DNA of 64,000 nt from Acholeplasmataceae bacterium. Lineage in GTDB: Bacteria; Bacillota_I; Bacilli_A; Acholeplasmatales; Acholeplasmataceae. Positions 39,780-49,805 of this stretch are shown piece after piece (the first letter of the stretch is position 1; each line of letters opens with the position of its first letter). The DNA is taken from NCBI GenBank assembly GCA_963675245.1, contig OY775910.1, positions 1,088,001-1,152,000 of the forward strand, given 5' to 3'. A model generated the notes under the pieces. That model did no database searches, was not told where the DNA came from, and saw only the letters and a list, made by a program, of their open reading frames with translations. The position numbers were made by a program, and so were the translations under genes.

Positions 39780-40835
39780 ATGAAACTTTTTATCCCAGGA
39801 CCCGTCGATGTAAGACCAGAAGTACTTGACGCACTCCGTCACGAACAAATTAGTCATCGTAGTAAAGATATATCAATACTACAAGCACGTATTGAATCAA
39901 ACTTACAAAAAATATGGTATACAAAAAACGCAGTTCTTCTATCTTCGTCCTCTGGGACGGGTGCCATGGAAATGGCACTTCGTTCACTGACAAAGAAAAA
40001 GGCTGCGGTTTTTTCTTGTGGGGCATTTGGTGATCGCTTTTATGAGATTGCAACATATAATGCGTTAGATGTTGATTTTTACCGGTTTGATGATGGTAAA
40101 CCGATTGATCTAAATGTCTTTGAAGAAGTGTTAAATAAAGGGATATATGACACCATTACCGTTACCCATAATGAAACATCCACCGGTGTCATGAATGATT
40201 TAGATTCATTAAGTAAGATTTGGGGAAAACATCCAGAAGTGGTTGTTATCGTGGATGCTGTGTCAAGCTTCGCGGGTGTGAAAATCCCCGTTGATGACTT
40301 AAAGATAGATGTTTGTGTCGCGTCTTCTCAAAAAGCGTTAGGACTGCCTCCTGGGCTTGCTGTGTTATCTGCGAGTGATAAGGCAGTTAAACGTATGAAT
40401 GAAATTGGCTATCGTGGTTATTATCTTGACTTAAAACGTGTCTATGAAAAACACATCCAATCTCATCAGTATCCAACAACGCCTAATACCGCGTTAATGC
40501 ACGCGCTTGATGTGCAATTAGACTATATTGTGAATGTCGAGGGGATAGAAAACAGATTTAAGCGTCATAAGGAGCTTGCTGAGTACACGAGAGATTGGGT
40601 AAACAAACATTTTGAATGTTTTGCAGAAGAGGGTTACCGGTCAGATACAGTCACGTCAGTCATTAATTCAAAAGGGTTAGACTTAGATGACGTTAAAGCG
40701 ACACTCAAAGCGAAGGGTTACATATTTTCTCAAGGTTATGGAAAATACAAACAAAGAGCCTTTAGAATTCCACATATGGCTGATCGGACGTTAGATGACT
40801 TAAAAGCGTATTTAAAGGAGATTGAATCCTTATGA
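39780..40835 (+). CDS. Class V aminotransferase (serine-pyruvate/phosphoserine aminotransferase-like)
   Basis: FIPGP, HNETSTG, VDAVSS, SSQKALGLPPG. Confidence 0.85.
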   Translation: MKLFIPGPVDVRPEVLDALRHEQISHRSKDISILQARIESNLQKIWYTKNAVLLSSSSGTGAMEMALRSLTKKKAAVFSCGAFGDRFYEIATYNALDVDFYRFDDGKPIDLNVFEEVLNKGIYDTITVTHNETSTGVMNDLDSLSKIWGKHPEVVVIVDAVSSFAGVKIPVDDLKIDVCVASSQKALGLPPGLAVLSASDKAVKRMNEIGYRGYYLDLKRVYEKHIQSHQYPTTPNTALMHALDVQLDYIVNVEGIENRFKRHKELAEYTRDWVNKHFECFAEEGYRSDTVTSVINSKGLDLDDVKATLKAKGYIFSQGYGKYKQRAFRIPHMADRTLDDLKAYLKEIESL

Positions 40836-42559
40836 TTAACATCTTATTAAATGATGGTTTAGAACAAGAAATCATTGATCAATTAAAAGCATTATATGAT
40901 GTCGAAGATCATCATTATCCAAAACCAGAATTATTAGAAAAAATAAAAGAAGTCGATATTATCGTCATTAGATCCAAAACGACCATTGATCAAGATGTCA
41001 TTGATGCAGCATTAGAAACAAACCAATTAAAGCTCATTATACGCGCTGGTGTTGGTGTCGATAACATTGATTGTAGGTATGCTGAATCAAAAGGCATTAC
41101 CGTGAGAAACACCCCTAAAGCGAGCACACAAGTGGTTGCTGAATTAACGTTATCCTTTATGCTCGCTTTATCAAGAAATATTTCATACGCGGACGCGTCC
41201 ATGAAACAAATGGCATGGGAGAAAAAAGCGTTAGTGGGTAGTGAGTTAAATGGTAAGACATTAGGGATTATCGGCTTTGGAAGAATTGGGAAGAAAGTCG
41301 CAGCATTCGCCTCGATCTTTGATATGCGTATCTTATTCTATGACGTGTATCCTGTGGAATCAGCATATGAACAAGTTGATTTAAATACCCTATATCAGGA
41401 AAGTGATTATATCACCTTACACGCACCTGCTCAAGATAAACCGTTTATTAATGAAGATGTATTAACCCTTTTAAAACCAGGTGTGAAGATCATTAACACA
41501 TCAAGAGGGTCTGCTATTGATGAAGACGTGTTGATGAAAGGGATTGATGAAGGGATTATTTCAGGTGCAGCCCTTGATGTCTATCAAACAGAACCTAATA
41601 GAAATGAAAAACTCACAACCTATCAAGATATCATTTTAACTCCTCATATTGGCGCGAATACATTGGAAGCGAGTAAACGTATTGGAGAAGAAGTATATGA
41701 CACAATCATTAAATTCATGGAGAGAAGAGAAATGCCTAAACGTCTGCAAGTAGGAATGCCAGTCTTAATGGAATATAAAACAATAGAAGAGAACATCGCT
41801 TTAGCCAAAAAGCTAAAACTTGACTTTATTGAACTTAATATGAACTTTTTATATTGTTATCCATCCAAATCATTAAGGGATAAACTAGAAAAAGTTCATC
41901 AAGAAGATGGCATCGGGTTTTCATTCCATTATTATGATAATATCGATATCTCCTCACCAAATGAAAACTATATGACATACCTTAAAGCAGATATGACCTT
42001 AATCGGTGAAACATTAAATGGTCTAATTCATAAAATGGTTCTACATATTGAACCAGGCTCATTTATGACCATCTTTAGTGAAAAACATTATGTCTATAAA
42101 TATGATGATGAATACGTTGAAAGAACCGTTAAGAATGTGAAGGAACTTCAAGATATCTTAGATCAATACGACATTATGATCGTCTTAGAAAACGTTCCGA
42201 TTCACCCGTATATGGAATCTCTTTATAAAGCCCTACAAGAGGCAGGTTTTCATTTTACATGGGACATTGGGCATGATGTCATTTATGAACATTATTTATA
42301 CTCAACCTTTAGAACAAAATATCATCTTGATGTGAGACATATGCATATGCATAATGTCTTAGATTATGCCGATCATCAACGACTCACATCAGGAAAATTA
42401 AAGATTAAAGAATATATCAATTACGCGATCAATCACAAACTCTCAGTGGTGATTGAAGTCAAAGATAAAGAAAACTTAGAAGAGTCTGTGAAATATCTTT
42501 ATGATTATTTGGAAGCAGTCGGTAATCAAGATGTAGAAGATAAGATTTGGACACCTTAA
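40832..42559 (+). CDS. serA: D-3-phosphoglycerate dehydrogenase-like domain fused to xylose isomerase/AP-endonuclease-2 TIM barrel
   Basis: RAGVGVDNID, GFGRIG, NTSRG, LDVY..EP, TPHIGA; C-terminal LEN, WDIGH, HMHN, DH, VIE. Confidence 0.75.
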   Translation: MINILLNDGLEQEIIDQLKALYDVEDHHYPKPELLEKIKEVDIIVIRSKTTIDQDVIDAALETNQLKLIIRAGVGVDNIDCRYAESKGITVRNTPKASTQVVAELTLSFMLALSRNISYADASMKQMAWEKKALVGSELNGKTLGIIGFGRIGKKVAAFASIFDMRILFYDVYPVESAYEQVDLNTLYQESDYITLHAPAQDKPFINEDVLTLLKPGVKIINTSRGSAIDEDVLMKGIDEGIISGAALDVYQTEPNRNEKLTTYQDIILTPHIGANTLEASKRIGEEVYDTIIKFMERREMPKRLQVGMPVLMEYKTIEENIALAKKLKLDFIELNMNFLYCYPSKSLRDKLEKVHQEDGIGFSFHYYDNIDISSPNENYMTYLKADMTLIGETLNGLIHKMVLHIEPGSFMTIFSEKHYVYKYDDEYVERTVKNVKELQDILDQYDIMIVLENVPIHPYMESLYKALQEAGFHFTWDIGHDVIYEHYLYSTFRTKYHLDVRHMHMHNVLDYADHQRLTSGKLKIKEYINYAINHKLSVVIEVKDKENLEESVKYLYDYLEAVGNQDVEDKIWTP

Positions 42560-42633
42560 ATTAAAAAAAATGTCAATTAGACACTTGAATGGTAAAATTG
42601 TTTCATAAAAATAACCTAAAGGAAAACTATATT

Positions 42634-43371
42634 ATGGTTAAAATATATGAGTTTTATACTGAGCTAAGAGACTCAAACCCCAAAATCTTTAGAACAATAC
42701 AAGTGATTTCCAAAATCACAGTAGCTGAATTTGTATATATTCTGTTATCGTTGTATGACATGCAAGCCACACACCTGTTTAAAGTCATTGTTCCAAAGGG
42801 ACAAACTCTCGTTGAAGCATATAAAAGAAAAATAGGGAATGACTTTGATGAAGTAACATTTAAAAATGAACATCCAGACATTTCTAATGTCAGATATCGA
42901 TATGAACTGCTTGATATCATTGATGATTTTCCAGAAAGAGAAAATGATGTCGTTTTAAACGTAACAAAAGAAAAGCTAAAACAAGCGATATCAATCATAG
43001 GAGAACAAATGGTATTATGGTATGACTTTGGGGATGATTGGTTTGTTGATATTAAACTCATCAATATTATTGAGACCGAAGATGATGTGATAACACCCAA
43101 TGTATTAAAAGGAGCAGGTTTTGGCATTATTGAAGACTGTGGTGGTTCATGGCGATTAAATGATATTATCATTGCATTTCAGAACAAAAAGGGGAAATTA
43201 TACAAGGAGATCTGTGATTGGCTAGATATAGATGATTTTGATTTTTCTAAATTTGATATTGATGAGATGAATAAAAGGCTACAAGTCATCCCTCAAATCT
43301 ATAAACGAAGTTATGAAAAAAAGATAGTACCTTCACAAGAAGAGATAGATTACATTGAAAGAAGATATTAA
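42634..43371 (+). CDS. Plasmid pRiA4b ORF-3 family protein
   Basis: IFRTIQV, HLF, YDFGDDW, EDCGG. Confidence 0.85.
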   Translation: MVKIYEFYTELRDSNPKIFRTIQVISKITVAEFVYILLSLYDMQATHLFKVIVPKGQTLVEAYKRKIGNDFDEVTFKNEHPDISNVRYRYELLDIIDDFPERENDVVLNVTKEKLKQAISIIGEQMVLWYDFGDDWFVDIKLINIIETEDDVITPNVLKGAGFGIIEDCGGSWRLNDIIIAFQNKKGKLYKEICDWLDIDDFDFSKFDIDEMNKRLQVIPQIYKRSYEKKIVPSQEEIDYIERRY

Positions 43372-43374
43372 CAT

Positions 43375-43414
43375 AAAAAAGTTCCTATCGGAGAAATCTC
43401 CAAGGAACTTTTTT
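43375..43414 (+). terminator. Intrinsic terminator
   Basis: AAAAAAGTTCCT...AGGAACTTTTTT. Confidence 0.7.
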
Positions 43415-43523
43415 GATTGATCCAACAAACCATCTAATAAATTAAAAAACTGAAATTAAAGTAAAAAGGATGTTATATGAATAGTATATGATAGAGCACT
43501 TTTTGTGATTGGAGGTTTATTGA

Positions 43524-44495
43524 TTGAACATACATCCGTTAGATTCATTAATCATGCAATATCTTGCAGAAAAAGATATTACAAGAGGTTCATTCGAATT
43601 ATATGACACCATTTTGAAACAATTCACGACATACCTAAAAGAACATCACATACTATTCGCGAAGACAAGTGATATCATCAATTATCGACAATGGAAAAGA
43701 AATCAAGGGTATTCTACGCGTTGGATTTATCATCAAATGAGTGCAATTAAGGGACTCTATCAATATTTAAAATATAATCAAAAAAGATTAAATCTATCAG
43801 AAGAATATGCAAACGACATTACGGAACTCATAAAAAACGAACGTATTAAAAAAGGTATTTCAAAACCAATATTAACGATTGATCAAGCAAAACATTTAAT
43901 ATTATGTAGTAAAGAAAACCGAAAGTATATTTGGCATTATCGTGATCACGCAATGCTTTATCTGATGTTAACGACAGGTATGAGAAGTGTTGAATTAAGA
44001 CGTGCTAAAAAGAAAGACTTAAAAATAATTGAAAACCAATCAATATTATATATACAAGGTAAAGGTAGACAAATAGCAAATGAGTATGTCAAAATCACGC
44101 CAAGTGTTAAGCGTGCTATTGATGAATATCTAAAGAAAAGAAAAGATAAGAATCCTTATCTATTTGTATCACATTCTAAGCATACGGATACGCCATATCT
44201 GTCAAGAACATTTTTCACTAGAATGCTTAAACGTGTATTATCATCATGTGATTTAACTTATACAAAGATAAAACCCCACTCTTTAAGACATACTGCTGCC
44301 ACATTTAACCTACTTAGAGGTGGTTCCCTAGAACAGACCAAACAGTTCATGAGACACACTAATATATCTACGACACTTGTCTATGCTCATCATGTGAAAC
44401 GATTGAAGGATGACTCGGTGAATCAAATTGAAAACTATATTTTAAATGAAGATATATATCATTATCATGATGAATACATCATCATTGATCTATGA
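43524..44495 (+). CDS. Tyrosine recombinase (XerC/D-like)
   Basis: RDHAML..TGMRSVE, GKG, HSLRH, MRH, LVY. Confidence 0.92.
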   Translation: MNIHPLDSLIMQYLAEKDITRGSFELYDTILKQFTTYLKEHHILFAKTSDIINYRQWKRNQGYSTRWIYHQMSAIKGLYQYLKYNQKRLNLSEEYANDITELIKNERIKKGISKPILTIDQAKHLILCSKENRKYIWHYRDHAMLYLMLTTGMRSVELRRAKKKDLKIIENQSILYIQGKGRQIANEYVKITPSVKRAIDEYLKKRKDKNPYLFVSHSKHTDTPYLSRTFFTRMLKRVLSSCDLTYTKIKPHSLRHTAATFNLLRGGSLEQTKQFMRHTNISTTLVYAHHVKRLKDDSVNQIENYILNEDIYHYHDEYIIIDL

Positions 44496-45448
44496 GAGAT
44501 GAGGAAAAGATAATGGAAGCACATCCGCTAAAAGAATTATGCGAACGATATATTTTAGATCATAATTTTTCTGAATCGACTATCAATTCGTATCGAATAG
44601 TATTTAAGAAATATATAAATTTTTTGATAGAACATGATATTGAATACGCGAAAACAAGCGATGTTATTAAATACCGTGAAAATAAGAGGAAAAAAGGTTA
44701 TTCGAGCCACTATATCTATGTGCACATCTCTGCGTTAAAAGGGTTATATCGATATTTAAGACATAATCGATCTCGTTTTAATCTACGAGATGATTATGCA
44801 TATGATATTATGATGCCTATAAAAAATGAACGAATTAAGTATCATATAAAAAAACCAATTTTAACGATTGAACAAGCTAAACATATGATCCTTCATACGA
44901 AGAGAAATAGAACGTCAATTTGGCAATACCGCGATCACGCAATTATTTATTTGATGTTAACTGCTGGCATTAGAAGATATGAAATTAAAGAAGCGAAAAA
45001 AGAAGATTTTCAAATAGTTCATGGTGAATGTTTGTTATATATAAGACATAATAACGAAAGAACAAATGATGATTTTGTTAAAATCGCACCGGGCGTCAAT
45101 GATGCAATTAACGATTATTTATATATGCGTAAAGATGACAACCCCTATTTGTTTGTGACGACTAAAAACACGTCACCTAACCAACATCTATCTAGAACAT
45201 TCTTTAGAGAGATGTTTAGAAGAGTCATTAAAACATGTGGCTTAGAAAATATGGGAATTACACCACACTGTTTAAGACACACAGCGGGAGTGATCAACCT
45301 ACTTAGAGGCGGTTCATTAGAACAGACAAGACAACTTTTAAGACATAAAGATATTAAATCGACCATCATCTATAAAGAGCATATCGAACGGATGAATGAT
45401 GATTCAGAATTACAAATCGAAAAATTCATACTCGGAGACAAGGGTTAA
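44492..45448 (+). CDS. Tyrosine recombinase, tandem paralog
   Basis: RDHAII..AGIRRYE, HCLRH, LRH, IIY. Confidence 0.9.
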   Translation: MRDEEKIMEAHPLKELCERYILDHNFSESTINSYRIVFKKYINFLIEHDIEYAKTSDVIKYRENKRKKGYSSHYIYVHISALKGLYRYLRHNRSRFNLRDDYAYDIMMPIKNERIKYHIKKPILTIEQAKHMILHTKRNRTSIWQYRDHAIIYLMLTAGIRRYEIKEAKKEDFQIVHGECLLYIRHNNERTNDDFVKIAPGVNDAINDYLYMRKDDNPYLFVTTKNTSPNQHLSRTFFREMFRRVIKTCGLENMGITPHCLRHTAGVINLLRGGSLEQTRQLLRHKDIKSTIIYKEHIERMNDDSELQIEKFILGDKG

Positions 45449-45571
45449 GTTTCAAATGTAAAAGATAACATCCTAAATTGATTAAAATATCTATAAATAT
45501 TAGATTTCAAACAAATAAAACGTTTAAAACTAAATTTTTATGGTAAAATACAATTGGTGGGAGGTTATAAC

Positions 45572-46732
45572 ATGAAAATTTTAAAAATTAGAGTGTCAGG
45601 TTTTAAGTTATTAGAGGATAACTTTGAAATTGATTTTTTGAGTAAAGCGAGAGTAGGTGCGAATGATAAAGAAGATGAAATCATCGAATATTATAACAAT
45701 CTATACATACCAACAACGATTGTTTTTACAGGGAAGAATGCGAGCGGTAAATCATCTGTTTTATCACTATTAACATTTGTGAATGAATTGCTGAATGAAG
45801 GGCGTATTAGATTTAATGTGCTTGATTTCAGAGATGATCTCATGCATTTAGATCTATTTTTTGCATTAGATAATAAAATTTACAATTACAAAACAGATAT
45901 CATTAAACCTGAAACAAAATTACTTGATAAAGCCAATTATTGTAGTTTTAGAAATGAACGATTACTGGATAAAAAATATTCTAAAACCTATGGGAAAAAT
46001 ATTCTCAACAATGATTTTAATAAAGTTACTTTATATAAATCAGATGTTGGAGATACATCATTACTTTATAAACTTGTAGCGAGAAAATCACTATTTATAA
46101 ATTCAAATAACTGGTTTCACGATACTTCAATTGAGTCAATATTTAAGTTGTTTGAAATGTTTGATGTTAATGAAAATTTGATGATAAAAATTGCCAGATT
46201 ATTTGATGATAGCATTGATAAATTCACGTATGATAAGAATAAAAGGTTATATACCTTGTCATTAAAGGGGTTAGGAAAGAAAAATTATAGTGAATCTGAA
46301 ATGCGGATTTTATTATCAGACGGTACGATTAAAGGAATGACGATGTTTGGTCTAATTATTGCAGTATTAAAAACTGGAGGAAGTTTAATGATTGATGAAA
46401 TTGAGAATAGTTTTCATAAAAATTTAGTTGAAAATATCATCATGATTTTTAATGATAAACGGATCAACAAAAATAAAGCGAATCTTTTATTTAGCACCCA
46501 TTATGTTGAAATTCTTGACATCTTTAGAAGAAGAGACAATATCTTTATCACATCAAAAAAAGATGGTTATATTACCAATTGTAATCTATATGAAGACTAT
46601 GATGAAAGAATCGAATTATCCAAAAGTAATCAATTTAACAATAACACCTTTGGTACCCTTATCAATTATGATCAATTGATGGCATTAAAGAAAGAACTCA
46701 TCAATGAAATACCTGGTTTTAATAGAGGGTAA
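45572..46732 (+). CDS. AAA_21 ABC-type ATPase (RloA-like)
   Basis: GKNASGKS, LSDGT, MIDEIE, FSTH. Confidence 0.85.
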   Translation: MKILKIRVSGFKLLEDNFEIDFLSKARVGANDKEDEIIEYYNNLYIPTTIVFTGKNASGKSSVLSLLTFVNELLNEGRIRFNVLDFRDDLMHLDLFFALDNKIYNYKTDIIKPETKLLDKANYCSFRNERLLDKKYSKTYGKNILNNDFNKVTLYKSDVGDTSLLYKLVARKSLFINSNNWFHDTSIESIFKLFEMFDVNENLMIKIARLFDDSIDKFTYDKNKRLYTLSLKGLGKKNYSESEMRILLSDGTIKGMTMFGLIIAVLKTGGSLMIDEIENSFHKNLVENIIMIFNDKRINKNKANLLFSTHYVEILDIFRRRDNIFITSKKDGYITNCNLYEDYDERIELSKSNQFNNNTFGTLINYDQLMALKKELINEIPGFNRG

Positions 46733-47237
46733 CACAGATAAAGCACTTATTGAGATATTAATGGGTAAGGGGATATTTAAAATAAGTGCAGATGATATGT
46801 TGGACTTGCGACCACATCAAAAAAGACAGATTGATACGTATTTAGCAGCGTTAATTAGACAGTTGAATGCCGATGAAAAGGTTAAAATCATTAGAATTGG
46901 GGATAAAATATCTGACAACTTGCGTATACCAAAAGATATCATAAGCAAAATTGATTCAATCATTAAGTATTGCACAAAGCCAGAATTTGAAATGTTACTT
47001 ATCATGGCGGAAAACATGACAGATGTGTATGAAAAACAAAAAAGTACAGTAAAACCGAAAACATTTGCTAAAACGTTTATTGTGTTTAATAAAAAAAGGT
47101 ATAATAATACGCCTGATTGGGTACATATGTATTTCGACAAATGGCTTAATAAAGACATCAAAGAATTACTTAAAGCGTATAAGCAATATAAGAAACATGA
47201 AACAGATGAGATGTATCTTTATGATTTAGTAAAGTGA
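46704..47237 (+). CDS. TOPRIM/RloB-like partner protein
   Basis: LIEGNTD, IGD, CTKPEFEMLLI. Confidence 0.6.
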   Translation: MKYLVLIEGNTDKALIEILMGKGIFKISADDMLDLRPHQKRQIDTYLAALIRQLNADEKVKIIRIGDKISDNLRIPKDIISKIDSIIKYCTKPEFEMLLIMAENMTDVYEKQKSTVKPKTFAKTFIVFNKKRYNNTPDWVHMYFDKWLNKDIKELLKAYKQYKKHETDEMYLYDLVK

Positions 47238-47253
47238 TATTAACGCATGACAT

Positions 47254-47290
47254 CAAACTAGCATCACTCACTAAAGTGTGCTAGTTTTTT
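47254..47290 (+). terminator. Intrinsic terminator
   Basis: AAACTAGCA...TGCTAGTTTTTT. Confidence 0.7.
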
Positions 47291-47423
47291 ACTTAAGTTT
47301 TACAGGTTTGTTCGATTTACAAACAAAATGGTGTTATTACCTTGTAATAAGGTGTGAATTGATGTAAAATGATGTCAAACAAAATTATTCAGTTATCGAA
47401 CAAAGATAACCAGAGGTGACGAT

Positions 47424-47636
47424 ATGCCAGTTTATGAATTATATGTCAATGAAGAAACTGATGAATTTGAAGTGCGTGATGAGTCCTGTCCTAAAAGTAA
47501 AAATAAATCAGAAAAGTCATTGAAACTGATCGATCGACTAGATGCTGATATAACGATTGAAGAAGCGTATAAACGTTATTATCTTGCATATCCACACAGA
47601 AAAGTTGTGATTGCGGATTGTTGTAAGAGAAAATAG
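47424..47636 (+). CDS. Small hypothetical protein
   Basis: 70 aa, GAGGTG RBS, three Cys. Confidence 0.55.
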   Translation: MPVYELYVNEETDEFEVRDESCPKSKNKSEKSLKLIDRLDADITIEEAYKRYYLAYPHRKVVIADCCKRK

Positions 47637-47657
47637 TTATATCAATGATCGGAGGAT

Positions 47658-48287
47658 ATGAGATTGAATCATAATCTATTTTTCAAACCCACACCCTTAT
47701 ATAAAGAGTTTCTCATATTAGATCTTATTGAAAAAGATCCTAACATCACTCAACGTGTCATGAGTGATGCTATTGGTGTGTCTGTTTCTATGATTAATAG
47801 TTATTTAGAATCTTATGAAAAAGAAGGTTATATTTTAAGGAAATATCATTCTACAAAAACGGTTGAATATTATGTCACCAAAAAAGGAATTGAAAGAAGA
47901 AAATTACTAAATATTTGGTATTTACAATCTTCTCATGGTGTTTATATGTCTGCAAAAAATAATATTATTATGTTCTTAAACCAAATCATTGAGCGTGGTT
48001 TTAAGAACATTTTATTATATGGTGCGGGGGAGGTTGCTGAAATCATGCTTCAAACGATGAACGACGATCAAACTTTACCTTTGAAAGTATTAGCAGTGAT
48101 TGATGATGACATTGGCAAAAAGAACCAGGTAATTGTTAATTTACCAGTTATTTCAATTGAAGATATATCAAAATATAATATTGATGGTATTTTGGTTTCA
48201 AGTTATAAACATCATATCGCAATCCATCAACATTTAAAAAATATTAATTATCCAGAAGAAAAAATTGTCAACTTCTTTGACAACTGA
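47658..48287 (+). CDS. MarR-like winged-HTH regulator (EPS-locus associated) with C-terminal Rossmann domain
   Basis: ITQRVMSDAIGVSVSMINSYL, Y.VT.KG; LLYGAGE. Confidence 0.8.
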   Translation: MRLNHNLFFKPTPLYKEFLILDLIEKDPNITQRVMSDAIGVSVSMINSYLESYEKEGYILRKYHSTKTVEYYVTKKGIERRKLLNIWYLQSSHGVYMSAKNNIIMFLNQIIERGFKNILLYGAGEVAEIMLQTMNDDQTLPLKVLAVIDDDIGKKNQVIVNLPVISIEDISKYNIDGILVSSYKHHIAIHQHLKNINYPEEKIVNFFDN

Positions 48288-48300
48288 TAGAGGAAAAAAT

Positions 48301-48912
48301 ATGTACTTTATATTTAAAAGAATGTGTGATACTGTCATAGCTTTTATAGGATTAATCGTCCTTTCACCAATATTTCTTGTATTGATGATTCTTATAAAGA
48401 TTGATTCAAATGGCCCCATTCTATTTAAACAAAAAAGAATTGGTAGACACAAAAAGCATTTCAATATCTTGAAATTTAGAACAATGAGAATAGATACTCC
48501 GAAAGATGTTCCCACACATCAACTCGAAAATCCAGATCAATGGATTACTAAAATGGGTAAATTCTTAAGAAAAATAAGTTTAGATGAATTGCCTCAAATT
48601 ATCAATATCCTAAAAGGTGATATGTCAATTGTTGGTCCTAGACCTGCATTATGGAATCAAGATGATTTGGTTACCGAAAGAGATAAATATGATGTATACA
48701 AGTTATATCCCGGGTTGACAGGTTATGCACAAATTAATGGTAGAGATGAGTTACCTATACCTGAAAAAGCTTCACTTGATGGTTTTTATGTAGAACATAT
48801 TGGATTGTGTATTGACATAAAAATATTCTTTGGAACAATCATTAAAATTTTTAAATCAGAAGGTGTCGTTGAAGGTGGCACGGGAACACTTGAAAAGAAG
48901 GACAGACAATAG
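48301..48912 (+). CDS. Priming sugar-phosphate transferase
   Basis: KRMCD, KFRTM, LDELPQ, GDMSIVGPRP, PGLTGYAQINGR. Confidence 0.92.
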   Translation: MYFIFKRMCDTVIAFIGLIVLSPIFLVLMILIKIDSNGPILFKQKRIGRHKKHFNILKFRTMRIDTPKDVPTHQLENPDQWITKMGKFLRKISLDELPQIINILKGDMSIVGPRPALWNQDDLVTERDKYDVYKLYPGLTGYAQINGRDELPIPEKASLDGFYVEHIGLCIDIKIFFGTIIKIFKSEGVVEGGTGTLEKKDRQ

Positions 48913-48921
48913 GAGTTACAT

Positions 48922-49776
48922 ATGAAACGTGTTTTAATTACTGGTGCAAACAGTTATATTGGTACTAATGTAGAAAAATGGTTAATGAGAGAACCAGACA
49001 AATATTATGTTGAAACATTAGATATGCAGAATTCTAAATGGAGAGAGTTTAATTTCTCAAATTTTGATGTTGTAATTCATGTGGCAGGAATAGCCCATGT
49101 TTCAACTAAAAAAAATATGAAAGACTTGTATTTTAAAGTAAATAGAGACTTAACTATTGAAACTGCTGAGAAAGCTAAAGCTGATGGTGTAAAACAATTT
49201 CTTTTTATGAGTAGTATTATTGTATATGGTGATAGTAGTATTAGAAAAAGAATTATTGACAATAAAACAGTTCCTACACCAAGCAATTTTTATGGGCAAA
49301 GTAAATTATTTGCAGAACAAGGGATTAAGAATTTAGAATCAGATGACTTTAAAATAGTTATTTTGAGACCACCTATGATTTATGGAAAAGGATCTAAAGG
49401 TAACTTTCATAGATTAGTGAATCTAATTTTGAAAATTCCAGTGTTTCCTGAATTTAACAATGAGAGAAGTATGCTTTATATAGATAATTTATGTGAATTC
49501 ATTAGATTAATGATAATTAATAAAGAAAGTGGTTTGTTCTTTCCACAAAATAGTGAATATGTGAAGACAAGTGATATGGTTAGATTGATCTCAGAAATCT
49601 ATATGAAGAAGATTAAATTTACACGAGTTTTTAATTGGATAATTAGATTGATGTTTGTAATAAATTCTGTAAATAAAGTCTTTGGTAATTTGGTTTATGT
49701 AAAATCCATAAGTGAGTACAAAGAGGATTATAGTATTAGGAGTTTTAGAGAATCAATTGTACATACACTAGAATAG
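48922..49776 (+). CDS. NAD-dependent epimerase (UDP-hexose/HexNAc 4-epimerase-like)
   Basis: TGANSYIG, YGQSK, RPPMIYG. Confidence 0.85.
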   Translation: MKRVLITGANSYIGTNVEKWLMREPDKYYVETLDMQNSKWREFNFSNFDVVIHVAGIAHVSTKKNMKDLYFKVNRDLTIETAEKAKADGVKQFLFMSSIIVYGDSSIRKRIIDNKTVPTPSNFYGQSKLFAEQGIKNLESDDFKIVILRPPMIYGKGSKGNFHRLVNLILKIPVFPEFNNERSMLYIDNLCEFIRLMIINKESGLFFPQNSEYVKTSDMVRLISEIYMKKIKFTRVFNWIIRLMFVINSVNKVFGNLVYVKSISEYKEDYSIRSFRESIVHTLE

Positions 49777-49805
49777 TTTAAATAAGAGCGAACAAAGGTG
49801 ATTAT

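Noticed and set aside
43524..45448. RIT element, or proven cognate integrase of the tRNA cassette array
   Set aside because: Only two recombinases, no terminal inverted repeats or TTACAC triads seen nearby, and no arm-binding domain
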